Source: Chiloscyllium plagiosum (taxonomy: Eukaryota). From it: a stretch of 64,000 nt of DNA. The notes under the pieces were generated by a model. The model worked only from the letters and a program-made list of their open reading frames with translations, was not told the origin of the DNA and ran no database searches. Shown piece by piece: positions 1 through 12,289 of this stretch. A program made the position numbers and the translations under genes. The DNA is taken from assembly GCF_004010195.1 (NCBI RefSeq), contig NC_057718.1, forward strand, positions 7,210,110-7,274,109, in the 5' to 3' direction. The first letter of the stretch is position 1. Each line of letters opens with the position of its first letter.

Positions 1-361
1 CCCACCGCCCCCTCCAACCCCCCCACTGCCCCATCACCCCCTCTCAAACCCCTCCACTGCCCTTCCAAACCCCTCCATCACCCCCTCTCAAAACCCCATC
101 CCACCCCCACCGATAAACCGCCACATTATTGCTGCTGGGGGGGGGGAATGAAGGTGTAAGCGGAGACGGCCGCCCGGATTCCAATGAACGAGCGGGACGT
201 CTCGGGGCTGCAGAGAGATTCCCGGGGGCGGGGGGGAGGCGATATCTGAATGAAAACCTCCCGGAGCGCGTTTCTGGCTCCCTTTCCCCATCCCCGGCCC
301 CAACCTCCCTCAGCCCCCCGGGGGTGTGTGCAGAGAACCACGGCGACGGAGCCGGCATTAC

Positions 362-434
362 CTCCCAGCACGGCTCCGGTGAAGAGGAATTTCCTTTTGT
401 GGCGTTTGACGAAGCTCCAGACGGACCGCAGCAT
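362..434 (-). CDS. PEX3: Peroxisomal biogenesis factor 3, coding exon 1 (gene continues off the window to the left)
   Basis: Minus-strand ATG at 434 gives MLRSVWSFVKRHKRKFLFTGAVLG+G, matching the PEX3 N-terminal basic peroxisomal targeting segment. The 73-nt exon ends at a GTAATG donor. PEX3 is head-to-head with ADAT2 in other vertebrates. Confidence 0.93.
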
Positions 435-930
435 CTCGGCGGCGGGAGGAGGGGAATGTGGGGGGGAAAGAGAGAAGCCTGAGAGCCGAGGCCCCCAGCC
501 CGGGGTGGGTGACACCCGGTAATCGAGGCTGAGCAGAGCCCGGGGCCTTTAAATTCTCTTCGAGCCCGAGGCCCAGGCTCCAGGCTCCGGGCTTTACCGC
601 CTCCCGGGGCTCCCAGCGATTCCCTTCCCCCGGCCCCTAGCAACAACATCCCGCGCCTTCCGTTCCGGACTCAGTTTCCCCCCTTCACAGAAACCCACAC
701 AAATAAAATAAACACACACCAGTTTTTTTTTATTATCCCACCTTCGTCGGAGAGTGTCGAGCCGCCTCGGGTTTTATAACATTTTAATTAGGGGTGGGTT
801 TTGTTTTTGTGAACGGGTTCGGCTGTCGGCCGGAAGGTCCGTCCCGGAAAGGGCTCCGGGTGGTTCACCGCCGCGAGGAGGAGGCGGCACGGTTTGAGGT
901 TCCCGCCCCGACCCCCGGGAGGAGCCCGCC
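435..930. promoter_or_regulatory. Bidirectional CpG-island promoter and 5' UTRs shared by PEX3 and ADAT2
   Basis: The two divergent ATGs are about 500 bp apart in GC/CpG-rich sequence. ETS-like CCGGAA cores at 830-836 and 843-850 (+) and 657-668 (-), GC box CCCGCCCC at 902-909, and an AT-rich centre at ~700-810. Confidence 0.75.
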
Positions 931-1011
931 ATGGGGGAAGGGGACGGAGCAGGATTCCAGCCGCCACAGAAGCAGGAGCAAGAGCAGTGGATGGAGAGGG
1001 CGCTCACCATG
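931..1011 (+). CDS. ADAT2: tRNA-specific adenosine-34 deaminase catalytic subunit, exon 1
   Basis: Strong Kozak context GCCCGCCATGG; MGEGDGAGFQPPQKQEQEQWMERALTM; phase-0 donor GTGAGG at 1012. Confidence 0.9.
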
Positions 1012-1019
1012 GTGAGGGG

Positions 1020-1309
1020 GACTGATGATTGGGGTTAGGAGTGGTTGGGGTGGGGGTGATTGGGGTTGGGGGCCCAACGCCCAACGCCCAACGCCCAACC
1101 CACCCCGCTGCCAACCCCCATCACCCCGCCATCCGCCCCACCCAACCCCCCAACAGCGGGTGTTTGGGGGTGGGCGGGGCTGACGGGGATTGGGGTAGAC
1201 GGCGAGGTGTTGGGGGTTGGGCGGGGTGGATGGTGGGGTGTTTGGGGGTGGATGGTGAGGTGTTGGGGGTTGGGCGGGGTGTTGGGGTGGGCGGGGTATT
1301 GGGGGTTGG
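1020..1309 (+). repeat. G-rich low-complexity/degenerate tandem sequence running into an assembly gap
   Basis: Repeated GGGGT/GGTGTTGGGGGTTGGGCGGGG motifs and CCCAACG x3; abuts the N run at 1310-2190. Confidence 0.8.
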
Positions 1310-2349
1310 NNNNNNNNNNNNNNNNNNNNNNNNNNNNNNNNNNNNNNNNNNNNNNNNNNNNNNNNNNNNNNNNNNNNNNNNNNNNNNNNNNNNNNNNNNN
1401 NNNNNNNNNNNNNNNNNNNNNNNNNNNNNNNNNNNNNNNNNNNNNNNNNNNNNNNNNNNNNNNNNNNNNNNNNNNNNNNNNNNNNNNNNNNNNNNNNNNN
1501 NNNNNNNNNNNNNNNNNNNNNNNNNNNNNNNNNNNNNNNNNNNNNNNNNNNNNNNNNNNNNNNNNNNNNNNNNNNNNNNNNNNNNNNNNNNNNNNNNNNN
1601 NNNNNNNNNNNNNNNNNNNNNNNNNNNNNNNNNNNNNNNNNNNNNNNNNNNNNNNNNNNNNNNNNNNNNNNNNNNNNNNNNNNNNNNNNNNNNNNNNNNN
1701 NNNNNNNNNNNNNNNNNNNNNNNNNNNNNNNNNNNNNNNNNNNNNNNNNNNNNNNNNNNNNNNNNNNNNNNNNNNNNNNNNNNNNNNNNNNNNNNNNNNN
1801 NNNNNNNNNNNNNNNNNNNNNNNNNNNNNNNNNNNNNNNNNNNNNNNNNNNNNNNNNNNNNNNNNNNNNNNNNNNNNNNNNNNNNNNNNNNNNNNNNNNN
1901 NNNNNNNNNNNNNNNNNNNNNNNNNNNNNNNNNNNNNNNNNNNNNNNNNNNNNNNNNNNNNNNNNNNNNNNNNNNNNNNNNNNNNNNNNNNNNNNNNNNN
2001 NNNNNNNNNNNNNNNNNNNNNNNNNNNNNNNNNNNNNNNNNNNNNNNNNNNNNNNNNNNNNNNNNNNNNNNNNNNNNNNNNNNNNNNNNNNNNNNNNNNN
2101 NNNNNNNNNNNNNNNNNNNNNNNNNNNNNNNNNNNNNNNNNNNNNNNNNNNNNNNNNNNNNNNNNNNNNNNNNNNNNNNNNNNNNNNNNNGAGGTGGGCG
2201 GGGTGGATGGGTTTGGGCATGGGGGATGTTGAGAGTAGAGTTGCGAAATAGATTTGAGGGAGGATTTTGCAAGTTGGCAGGGTGTTAGGGAGGTGTTAAT
2301 AAGGGGTGGGGGTGTATTGAAAGTTGGGTGGGAGAATGGTGTTGTTGAG

Positions 2350-2940
2350 AGGGGCATTAGCATTCATTTTGACAGGGCTAAAGAGCAGTGATGTACTGCT
2401 GAGGCTGTATTCGGCTCTGGTCAGACTGCATTTGGAATACTGTGAGCAGTTCCAGGCCCCATATCGAAGTAAGGATATACTGGCCTTGGAGGGGGTCGAG
2501 AGGAGGTTTGCAGAAATGATTCCGGGAATAAACTGGCTTATCATGAGGAGTGGTTGAGGACTCTGGGTCTATGCTCGATGGAGTTTATGAAGATGAAAGG
2601 GTGATCTCATTGAATCTTACAGAATACTGAGAGGCCTGGATAGAGTGTACATGGAGAAGATGTTTCCATTAATAGGAGAGACTAGGATGTGAGAGCTCAA
2701 CTGCAGGGTGAGGGGATGATTCTTTCCAACTGAGATGAGGAGTTTCTTCTCCCAGAGGGTGGTTAATCTGTCAAATTCATTGCTGCAGAAGGCTGTGGAT
2801 CCAAGTCTCAGAATATATTTAAGACAGGGGATCAAGGGTTAAGGGGAAAAGGTGATAGAATGGAGTTGAGAAACGTATCAGGCATAATCAATGGAGGAGC
2901 AGACTCGATGGGCCGAATGGCCTAATTCTATTCTTGTATG
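2350..2940 (+). mobile_element. CR1-clade LINE, 3' fragment
   Basis: Decayed ORF2 C-terminus (VLLRLYSALVRLHLEYCEQFQAPY..LEGVERRF) plus a typical 3' tail. Confidence 0.85.
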
Positions 2941-3601
2941 TTAGAGTGTTCTGGATTAGAGGGTGGTGGGGATGTTGAGAGTCAAGAGAATGGTGGACAA
3001 GTGTGTTGAGAGTTGTGATTGGAGGGAGGAGTGGAAAATTTGCTCTCTCAATTTCTTTTCTAATTAAACCCTGCACTTTCTGTATTTCTCCAGGGGTTTG
3101 GTTTTCTGAGCCCTAGGTATGTGCCACAAGCTTAATTTTTGTTTGCTGTCCAGTTTTGTACATTCGTTGACATTCCGGGTTTTCTGGATTTTTGGTTGAA
3201 CCCTTCACCTTTAGAGGAACATTTTGACCGTGCACTCTCACTATTAGCCTTTCTGAATGACTCCCACTCCTGTGATGTCGATATTCCTGCAAGTAGTAGC
3301 TTCCAGATCCTGTCTTATATTTTAAAAACCCTCCACTCTCCAAATTCTGAATCTTTACTTCCTGTCCATCTTTATTCTTTTTCATAATTACCTGAAGCCT
3401 TACTGAGTTATGGTCACCGTCACTGGAATGCTGTCCCACTGAGAGTTTTTTCTACTTGCCTGAATTTATTCCCTAAAATTAGATCCAACACTGCCGTTCT
3501 CTTGTTGGATTATGAGTCCTAGCGTAAAAGCTCTTTTGGATACATTTTAAGAATTCGGATCCCTTCAACTCTTCCACTCTTTGTCTATCCCAGTTATGAC
3601 A

Positions 3602-3957
3602 ATAGGTGCAGGAGTAGGCCATTCTGCCCTTCGAGCCTGCACCACCATTCAATATGATCATGGCTGATCATCCTTAATCAGTATCCTGTTCCTGCCTTAT
3701 CTCCATAACCCTTGATTCCACAATCCTTGAGAGCTCTAACCAACTCTTTCTTAAATAAATCCAGAGATTGGGCCTCCACTGCCCTCTGGGGCAGAGCAAT
3801 CCACACAGCCACCACTCTCTGGGTGAAAACGTTTCTCCTCATCTCTGTCCTAAATGGTCTACCCCGTATTTTTAAGCTGTGTCCTCTGGTTCGGCACTCA
3901 CCCATCAGCGGAAACATGTTTCCTGCTGCCAGAGTGTCCAATCCTTTCATAATCTTA
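3602..3957 (-). mobile_element. CR1-clade LINE 3' end
   Basis: FKIMKGLD..RTRGHSLKIRGRPFRTEMRRNVFTQRVV plus 3' UTR. Confidence 0.88.
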
Positions 3958-4032
3958 AAGTTAGTGTTGAGGTATTTGTAATCCCCTAGTATTATTACCC
4001 TATTATTTTTATACTTCTGATATTTATGTATA

Positions 4033-4325
4033 TATAGAACAATACAGCACAGAACAGGCCCTTCGGCCCACGATGTTGTGCCAAACATTTGTCCTAGCTT
4101 AAGCACCTATCCATGTACCTATCCAATTGCCACTTAAAGGTCACCAATGATTCTGACTCTGCCACTCCCACAGGCAGCGCATTCCATGCCCCCACCACTC
4201 TCTGGGTAAAGAACCTACCCCTGACATCACCCCATACCTTCCACCCTTCACCTTAAATTTATGTCCCCTTGTAACACTCTGTTGTACCCGGGGAAAAAGT
4301 CTCTGACTGTCTACTCTATCTGTCC
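4033..4325 (-). mobile_element. CR1/HER1-like LINE 3' end
   Basis: Reverse-complement tail TAGAACAATACAGCACAGAACAGGCCC shared with copies at ~17245-17470, 32441 and 43396. Confidence 0.75.
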
Positions 4326-5383
4326 ATCTGTCTCTTTCTGACTGTTAGGAGGTCCAAAATACCCTTTCAGCAACATGACCTCAGTTGAAGAACTTTATGA
4401 AATATCATTCCTCCTTATTGCAGTAATTAACACCCCCTGTTTTCTTTTATGCTTGTCTGTGCAACAATGCTATTCTACTGCCACTCCGTCCCATCTCCTG
4501 CAAAATTACTCTAAATACCAACAGCACTAGGGCTGGAGAAAAACAGTGTGCTCCTCCATCTCAGCCATAACACGGCCAAATATAAACTTAGTCACCATCT
4601 GTCTACTGATCTGCATCTACGTGTTCCTTATGTTTTAAAGAAGCCAACGTAAAACAACTGTATATTCAAATCCCTTTCTATATGAACAGCTTGTTCTTCA
4701 GTAGAAGATTAGTGCATGGTTTCTCTGGCTACTGAGCACAGCATGCTCTGCTTAACCCCTTAATCATCAAAGGAAAGAAATAACAGGCTTTTTCATTACT
4801 TATATCCAACCACAAGTTTATATAAGTTGTTTGACCTGAAAAGTAGCAATCCATTATTTTCACTGAAATGTTTATGCTTGAATCATGAACGTCTTAAGTT
4901 TGACTACACAGCTAAGTGTATGTAAAGCATTAACCCTCACTTTGGGTAGAATGTTAAAAATCAAGCCCTGCTTTTCTGCAGTCATCACAAAAGTTGAAGG
5001 TTTTCTAAAAGTACACCAAATTCCCCAATTTACCTGTCTTTTGGACCCAGGTTTCTGTACTTATTAAGAATGACTATTTATAATGTATGCTACATTACAA
5101 ATAGTTTCTAACTACAGATAAACAATTGTGAACTGTTAACAAATAAATTTACTAGGTTAAAAACTGTAACCTCTTTATATGTCCTACCAATACCCACATA
5201 CAGACACAGATAAATGAAACATTGATGACATGGGTGAAGGAAAAGACTGGGAAAATAGATCAACCGTCCTTGTTCACAGGGTTTGCTGAGATGATCCTTT
5301 TGACTTGTCAGGACATACTGCTTCTCGATCTTCTTTCTCCATGTATTTTCACTTGCAGGAGGCAAAGGGCAGTTGGTTAAGAC

Positions 5384-5690
5384 TAGATTAGATTAGCTTC
5401 CCTACATTGTGGAAATAGGCCCTTCGGCCCAACTAGTCCAAACCGACCCTCCGAAGAGTAACCCACCCAGACCCATTTCCCTCTGACTAATGCACCTAAC
5501 ACTGTGGCCAATTTAGCATGGCCAATTCACCTGACCTGTACATCTTTGGATTGTGGGGGGAAACCGGAGCACCCGGAGGAAACCCATGCAGACACGGGGA
5601 GAACGTGCAAACTCCACACACAGTCGCCCGAATCGAACCTGGGACTCTGGTACTGTGAGGCAGCAGTACTAACCACTGAGCCACCGTGCC
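5384..5690 (-). mobile_element. tRNA-derived V-SINE (HE1-like)
   Basis: Head GGCACGGTGGCTCAGTGGTTAG with A/B boxes, V-domain GTGTGGAGTTTGCACGTTCTCCCCGTGTCTGC, LINE-derived tail ending in TCTAA repeats. Confidence 0.85.
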
Positions 5691-5696
5691 TCCCCT

Positions 5697-5826
5697 GGAT
5701 CCTGATGAAGGGCTTATGCCCGAAACGTCGATTCTCCTGCTCCTGGGATGCTGCCTGACCTGCTGTGCTTTTCCAGCACCACACTCTCGACTCTGATCTC
5801 CAGCATCTGCAGTCCTCGCTTTCTCC
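5697..5826 (+). mobile_element. Solo Penelope pseudo-LTR (family A) with an intact hammerhead core at 5697-5734
   Basis: GGATC-CTGATGA-A-GGGC(TTAT)GCCC-GAAA-CG-TC-GATTC, followed by the same tail that ends the RT-bearing element at 23693-23794. Confidence 0.8.
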
Positions 5827-8800
5827 AAAAGGGATAGATCTGTCCTTTTCAGAGAACCAATGGCATCTTCTTCATTTGTATCCGCAAACTGTTTAGCTAA
5901 CAAGGAGCCAATCACATTGTTGTTGACAGACAGCAGGCATGTGCAACTGATAATCGGTGACCATTTCATAGACAAATCAGCTACTTGTGGCCAGCAGAAG
6001 TCCACTGGTGCACATTTCTTGACTCCAGCTTATCTGTAACTAGGCTTCACCCATTGTTTGAACAAGTAGTTGTGTAAAAAGCACTTCCAAAGAATGTCCA
6101 ATAACTTGCTTTTAAAATGTGCAACAACTCCACAACAATCCCTCAATTATTAGATCAGCCCTTTTCTCATTCAGCAATCAATAAAATAGAAAGATGTGGT
6201 CTTAACAAAAATTTTCAGCTTCGAGATACATTGTCTGTTATTTATCTATATTATGCTATACTTATATTACTATGACAGCATGTTGATCAGGAGAAATCTA
6301 TTCCACAGCAATGCAATCCTGTTTTTAGAACTTGCAAGAATTTGCTAAACTTGTATTCACTAGTGATATTTACCTGAAGGAGCACAGGTTGAGAGAGTAT
6401 TCTCCTTGATGGGAAAAAGCTGGGATGGTTATAGGGATACCTGTAGTCTTGATTTTTCAAAGGCTGAATTCCAGGTAAAATACAACTACCAAATGTCATG
6501 TAGTGAATTTGTAGTTTTTGCATTATCTAATAATAGTCTGCTGAAAGGTGCAACATTAAACGAAAATTATCATGTAATTTCTCTGAACTATTGCAGTCAA
6601 ATGTATAATTTTCACCGAGTCCAAAAGATTACAATAAAGATATATTTATTGCAAGATTTCACATTGACATCATGCTTTTATGAAGATCAGCTATGGCATG
6701 ATGAGATGTCAACATAATCTTTGTACTTATGAGTGAGTAACCAAGTTTGGTTTATGCTGATGTTTAGCTGCTGATTCACAGGTGAAATTACAGCATTAAG
6801 TTGAGTGTATGAATCAAAGCCTCAAACACACCCTGGGAGTCCTGGGCTTATGATTGACTCAAAATAGAGAAGGTTAATTTTTGAAGGAACTGAACAAGTC
6901 ATAAGGCTTAATCAAGAACACAGAGGCAAATTGAAGCCTGGCAGGATGTGTTGTAAACTTCAGCTGAGCCATCTGCCCCCATACGTGGCAGATTGTCGTA
7001 AAGAAGGGCTGTGATCATATTCTGTAGTATCCAGGACAGTATTTAATCCTAAAGATTATATATGGTCATTTATCACCTTTGTATTAGTGAAAACTTGCTG
7101 TGTTTCCTATATCACCATCTGAATGATATTTATTGTAACATACTCTGGAGTATATTGTGTGAACTTCTTTTAGGTCTTTTCTTTGTGTTTGGGGGACCGG
7201 CACCGCGGCTATGATGAGCTGGAATTTAGTGTTGCCATTTTGGGTTTGGTTTGGAATATCAAGAACCATCAGTGGCAGGAGTGGGTTCAACTTGGAAAAG
7301 ACTAAATCCTTCCTCTCCATTCTGCAAAATGTGAGCGCGAGGAAAGAAATCTAAAGGAAGCTTCAATGAAAATGTGTCTCCGCATCAGGGTTGGCAGCCC
7401 AGAGTTTACTGCAATAATTCAAACAACATTCACTGGAATAGAATTGCAGTGCACCATGGGAGAGATGAAAGGCACACAACAGACTCTTAGAAACAAAAAC
7501 TGAAATTGCTGGGGAAAGAAAATCAAATCTGGCAGCATTGTGGAGAGAAACCAGAGTTAACATTTTAGGTCAAATGACCCTTTCTCGGAACAGGATATTG
7601 GATCTATCCCATAGATCCACCCTTTAGGCTTGTGTTGGAATCAATGGCATGGCTCATGGGTGCTCTGTTGGAGTGGCCTACAGTCAAGGCTGGTCAATAT
7701 TTACTGCTTCAGTTTCTGCATGTTTGTATATTCTGTGTCACTGCCCCAGAGGTAATTACCCTGATGCTTGTACTGCAGATTAATCTGATTCAGTGGGACA
7801 GGAGCCTGTTGGGGGACTGAGGCAGGCCCTCAGGCACCTGCATCGCTAGCACATAGTGCTGAAGGAAGGCCCACCAAATACAACCATAGCACTGCGCTCC
7901 CTCTAGTGTTCACAATCCCTCCTTCCTGTTCGCTGCTTACGAAGGTGAATTGTTAAGCTTTGCTGAATAGTGGATACATATCGCACAAATTTAACTCCAT
8001 CTCACGTTTCTTTCCTTCCTTCAAAATCGGGAGCTTGTACTTGGCGTAAAAGCTGAAAATCTGATTTTATGACGGAACACTGGATTTTGCAGCCATTCTA
8101 CACCGTTCCAGGAGCTATTGAATCTGCCTGCCTGTGATTCCAGGAAACCATTTGTCCTGTAATTCTATGGGCAGCCAACTGGTCGATCGCGGAGTCTCCT
8201 CCTGCCGCTCGTGGGTCTTCCTCATTTTCATTGCATTCCTACCATCAGCCATTAAATGAAAGAGGAGCCCCAGGAGATCAGAATTGGAAGTTTCTGAGTG
8301 AGTTCTTTCAGAGCATTATTGAGGGTACATGCCTGTGAAGTAGCCCTTTACATCCCCAGAATTGGTTGCCCTGACCAAAGCCAGGGCAAGAATATGCCTG
8401 TCGCCCACCCATGTGTTTCTGTTCATTTCTCAAAGACAGCGGCTAGGGAGACAGCAACTTTCCTGTCCACAGCTTTACCAGCCACACTGCCAACCAAGCT
8501 GACTAACCCCTCTCCAGAGATCCATTTTTTGTGGATATGCCTTGCTGTATCTCTGTGAATAGAATTGACTTCCCACACCACACCAGGCATGGTGAAGTGT
8601 TCACCACCCCGGTTGGAACTGCTTAGCATCCTTGGTCATCAACGCCTGAGGTTTATCTTTCTGAACCCAGGAAGACCCATTTTAATATTGTAGGCATTAA
8701 CCCCAAATATTTTCTTTAAAGGTTTAAAACAAAACATATTATATATAGGGGCACAGTCTCTTAAGTTTATCTCCTTCTGATGAAACAGCAAATACCAGGT

Positions 8801-8963
8801 TATCACCAGTCACTGCATTAAAATGTTCTTGCAATTCCCCCCTGTATCTCATGCCTTTGCATATGTTGAATTTTTGACAAAATGTAAGGGACTAACTATC
8901 AAGGTCACACAATATTTCATATAGTTTTAGTTTGGAGCAGACAGTCTGGCTGTAATAACTCCC

Positions 8964-9507
8964 TGTTGTGGTTCTGTTCGCCGAGCTGGGAATTTGTGTT
9001 GCAAACGTTTCATCCCCTGTCTAGGTGACATCCTCAGTGCTTGGGAACCTCCTGTGAAGCGCTTCTGTGATGTTTGCTCCGGCATTTATAGTGATTTGTA
9101 TCTGCCGCTTCCGGTTGTACGTTCCAGCTGTCCACTGCAGTGGCCGGTATATTGGGTCCAGGTCGATGTGCTTATTGATTGAATCTGTGGATGAGTGCCA
9201 TGCCTCTAGGAATTCCCTGGCTGTTCTCTGTTTGGCTTTTCCTATAATAGTAGTGTTGTCCCAGTCGAACTCATGTTGCTTGTCATCTGAGTGTGTGGCT
9301 ACTAAGGATAGCTGGTCATGTCGTTTCATGGCTAGTTGGTGTTCATGGATGCGGACCATTAGCTGTCTTCCTGTTTGTCCTATGTAGTGTTTTGTGCACT
9401 ACATTGGTCCCCTAGACAGGGGATGAAACGTCTGCAACTCAAATTCCCAGCTTGGCGAACAGAACCACAACAACGAGCACCCGAGCTACAAATCTTCTCC
9501 CAAACTT
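8964..9507 (-). mobile_element. 5'-truncated Penelope-like element: GIY-YIG endonuclease end plus inverted pseudo-LTR
   Basis: Minus frame HYIGQTGRQLMVRIHEHQLAMKRHDQLSLVATH..AREFLEAWHS; ~62-bp inverted copy at 9409-9471; 21-bp direct flanks at 8951-8971 and 9508-9528. Confidence 0.9.
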
Positions 9508-10206
9508 TGTAATAACTCCCTGTTGTGGGAGTTTGTAAGCCATGAGCCATAAATGTTGAGAACCAAGACACTTGATTGTAGGCATTCTGGCCATTGTTGA
9601 ATACTGACTGGTCTTAAATACCAATAGCTGATTATAGTAGGCAGAACTACTCTCACTCATCATTACTTGAACTCCACAAATATTTACTTTTAAAATTCTT
9701 CAGTTGCACATTGTGAAAGCTTTAAGTGATTGTTTTACTTAAGAACTAGGAGCAGGAGTAGGCAATTCAGCCCCTCAAGCCTCAACTGTACTTTCCTGCC
9801 CACTCACCATAATCCTTCAACACATTACTAATTCAAAATCTGTCTATCTCCTTCAATGGAGTTGTCAATGATCTGGCATCCACCACACCCAGGTAATAGA
9901 TTCCACAGATTCATGACCCTTTGAAAGAAATAATTTGACTACATCTATGTTTTAAATCTGCTACCCCATTACTTAAAATTATTACCTCTGTTCCAGATTG
10001 CCCCACATGAGCAACTATACTTTCTCCACCACAATTTGCTAATTTCCTTTAGCAGTTTAAATGCCTCAGTTGGCTTTCATGTCATTCTTCCAAACTGCTC
10101 AATCTCTCTTCATTAGACAGATCCCTCATCTCTGGAACCAATCTGGTGAATCTTGTTGACTTATTTGAAAACCTTGTCTCTTTGCATTTCTAAATAAAGA
10201 AATTAA

Positions 10207-10720
10207 CTCATCATTGGCGGTCCCTTACAGATGAGGATGATTCTCTTCTGTTCTCAGGGTGAGTCTAGGTGGCTGTACAGACTGATGGGGCTATCGCAGG
10301 CTCTGTTACACTTGGGGCAGAAGGTGTTATGGGAAGGGGTGGATGGGGCATTGGTGAGGCAACGTGCTCCTTACGCTGTGTTCCCCCGGCTTCCATTTTC
10401 CCCCAATGGCTAGTCTCTAGGTGGTCGACGTCTTCCCGGATGCCCCTCCTCCACTTTGGACAGTCTTGGGCCAGTGATTCCCAGATGTCAGTGGGAATGC
10501 TGCACTTCACCTGTGAGGCCTTGAGGATATCCCTGAAGTGCTTCCTCTGTCCATCTGGAGCTACCCTGCTGTTTTGGAGCTGGGAATAGAACACCTGCTT
10601 GGGGAGTCTCGTGTCAGTCATGGGGACGACATACCCAGTCCTTTGGAGCCAATCAAGGGTTGTCAGTGCCTCGATGCTGGGGATGTTGGCCTGGTCAAGG
10701 ACACTGGTGTTCATGCTTCT
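10207..10720 (-). mobile_element. RTE-clade LINE 3' fragment
   Basis: SVLDQANIPSIEALTTL..MTDTRLPKQVFYSQL..GQRKHFRD..WESLAQDCPKWRR is a typical RTE ORF C-terminus; TGA-type tail. Confidence 0.82.
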
Positions 10721-12289
10721 TTCTTCCCTGAGGATTCGCTGGATCTTCAACAATGTACTATCAGACTGTTGGTAGTACAAAAAAATTGACCAACAGGAGT
10801 TGTGTCTGCTGGAGTTTAGAAGACTAAGAGATGATGACTAAAACCTGTCAGATCCTTGGTAGGGTTGATGTGGAGAACATATTTGCTGTTGTGGGAGAAT
10901 CTAGAGCCGGTGGGTCAGTCATTGTTTAAAAATAAGGGATGATCTGCTTTAAGACAGGCGACGACAAATCCTTTGCTCACAGGGGATTGAGAGTCTTTGG
11001 AGTTGTCTTTCTCAAGAGGCAATGAATGCTTTTAAGGCTGAGGCAGATAGATTCTGGGTAAGTGAGCAGGTGAATGGTGATCAGAAGTATGTGGAAATGT
11101 GAAGTAATCAGAACAAGTTAGAGTGCCCAATTCCAAATTTGAATTTTTACATGTGAAAGCATTTGATTTTACCTGTACAATATTTTGCATAAATTTCATG
11201 GATTTATTGCTTTAAAGAAAGACTTATGGGTGTCACTTTTGAAAAGAAGAAATGGATGGTTACAGTGTGGTAGGATGTGCAATGTATAACATACTTCATA
11301 ACACTTCTGGTGAAGAATACTACGATGGATACAATAGACAGCTAATATCCCAGTCTGAGTTAGCAAAGGTTGCTTTGGACCTGCTGCCTCTTGGTCCTCC
11401 CCACTTAGGGAAATGTATTGCCTTGAGACATACTGAGATCAGTCCTCATTTTCTCTGAGATACTGAGACCCACAGGATAGTATGCTCACCAGATTACTAG
11501 CTAACAGCTGACCTCCATCCTTGGGAGGAAAACTCTGTTGGGGTTCTCTGGAAGGGCAGCCATCTGACTGGATGTTGAACAGGGACCAGTTTGGGTCCTG
11601 CAGCAGTCAGCTAGTGTGTCAGTTCACATCTGGATGCTGACTTGAGTAAGGTGCCCAAAGGCTGTTGGCATCCGTAAAAATACTCCCAGAGTATTCACCT
11701 CTTTAGAAACAAGTGTATTAAGCACAAACCTATGGGTGGAGAGGGAGATATCTGTACATTTTTAAAATATATTGAGTGATCATCAGTACCATTGGTTATC
11801 ACCAGGGGGTGGTGTTGCTGTTTGAAATTAAAATGTTGAAAATGCACCGCAGGTATTATCAATGTAGGTTAATGTTTTGGGTTTTTAGGTATGAGCTTTG
11901 TCAGTAGATTATGTTGAGATCTCTGGATTAAATGTTTATTTTCTAAGACACTGTTGAGAACACATACTACAAGACGGATATTTTGTAAAAGGCCTGTTCA
12001 GTAATGTTAAAACGCACCTGTGGAGCAGGTGGGATTTGAATCAGAGTCTCCTGACTCCGAGATAGGGACACTATCAATGTACCACAGGAACCTCTAAGTA
12101 ACTAATTTCACTCACTTTCACGAACAGCAGCAGCAATATACCTTGTCCTCATATGAGGATAATAAGGCAGAGTAGATGTTTCTCCCCAGTATATGAGAAG
12201 TTATACTATGTTTGATTTTATTTCTTGTCCAACTAGATTTTTGGCTTTTTTGTTCCAAAGTTTGAATGCGTTTAGACCTCTCTAGGTCC

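Noticed and set aside
865..2363. Long ORFs of 380-450 aa
   Set aside because: Artefacts of translating through the N gap plus G/C low-complexity flanks.
5640..5690. tRNA gene-like sequences (also near 34920, 48090, 61860)
   Set aside because: They are SINE heads continuing into V-domain and LINE tail, and do not form a complete cloverleaf.
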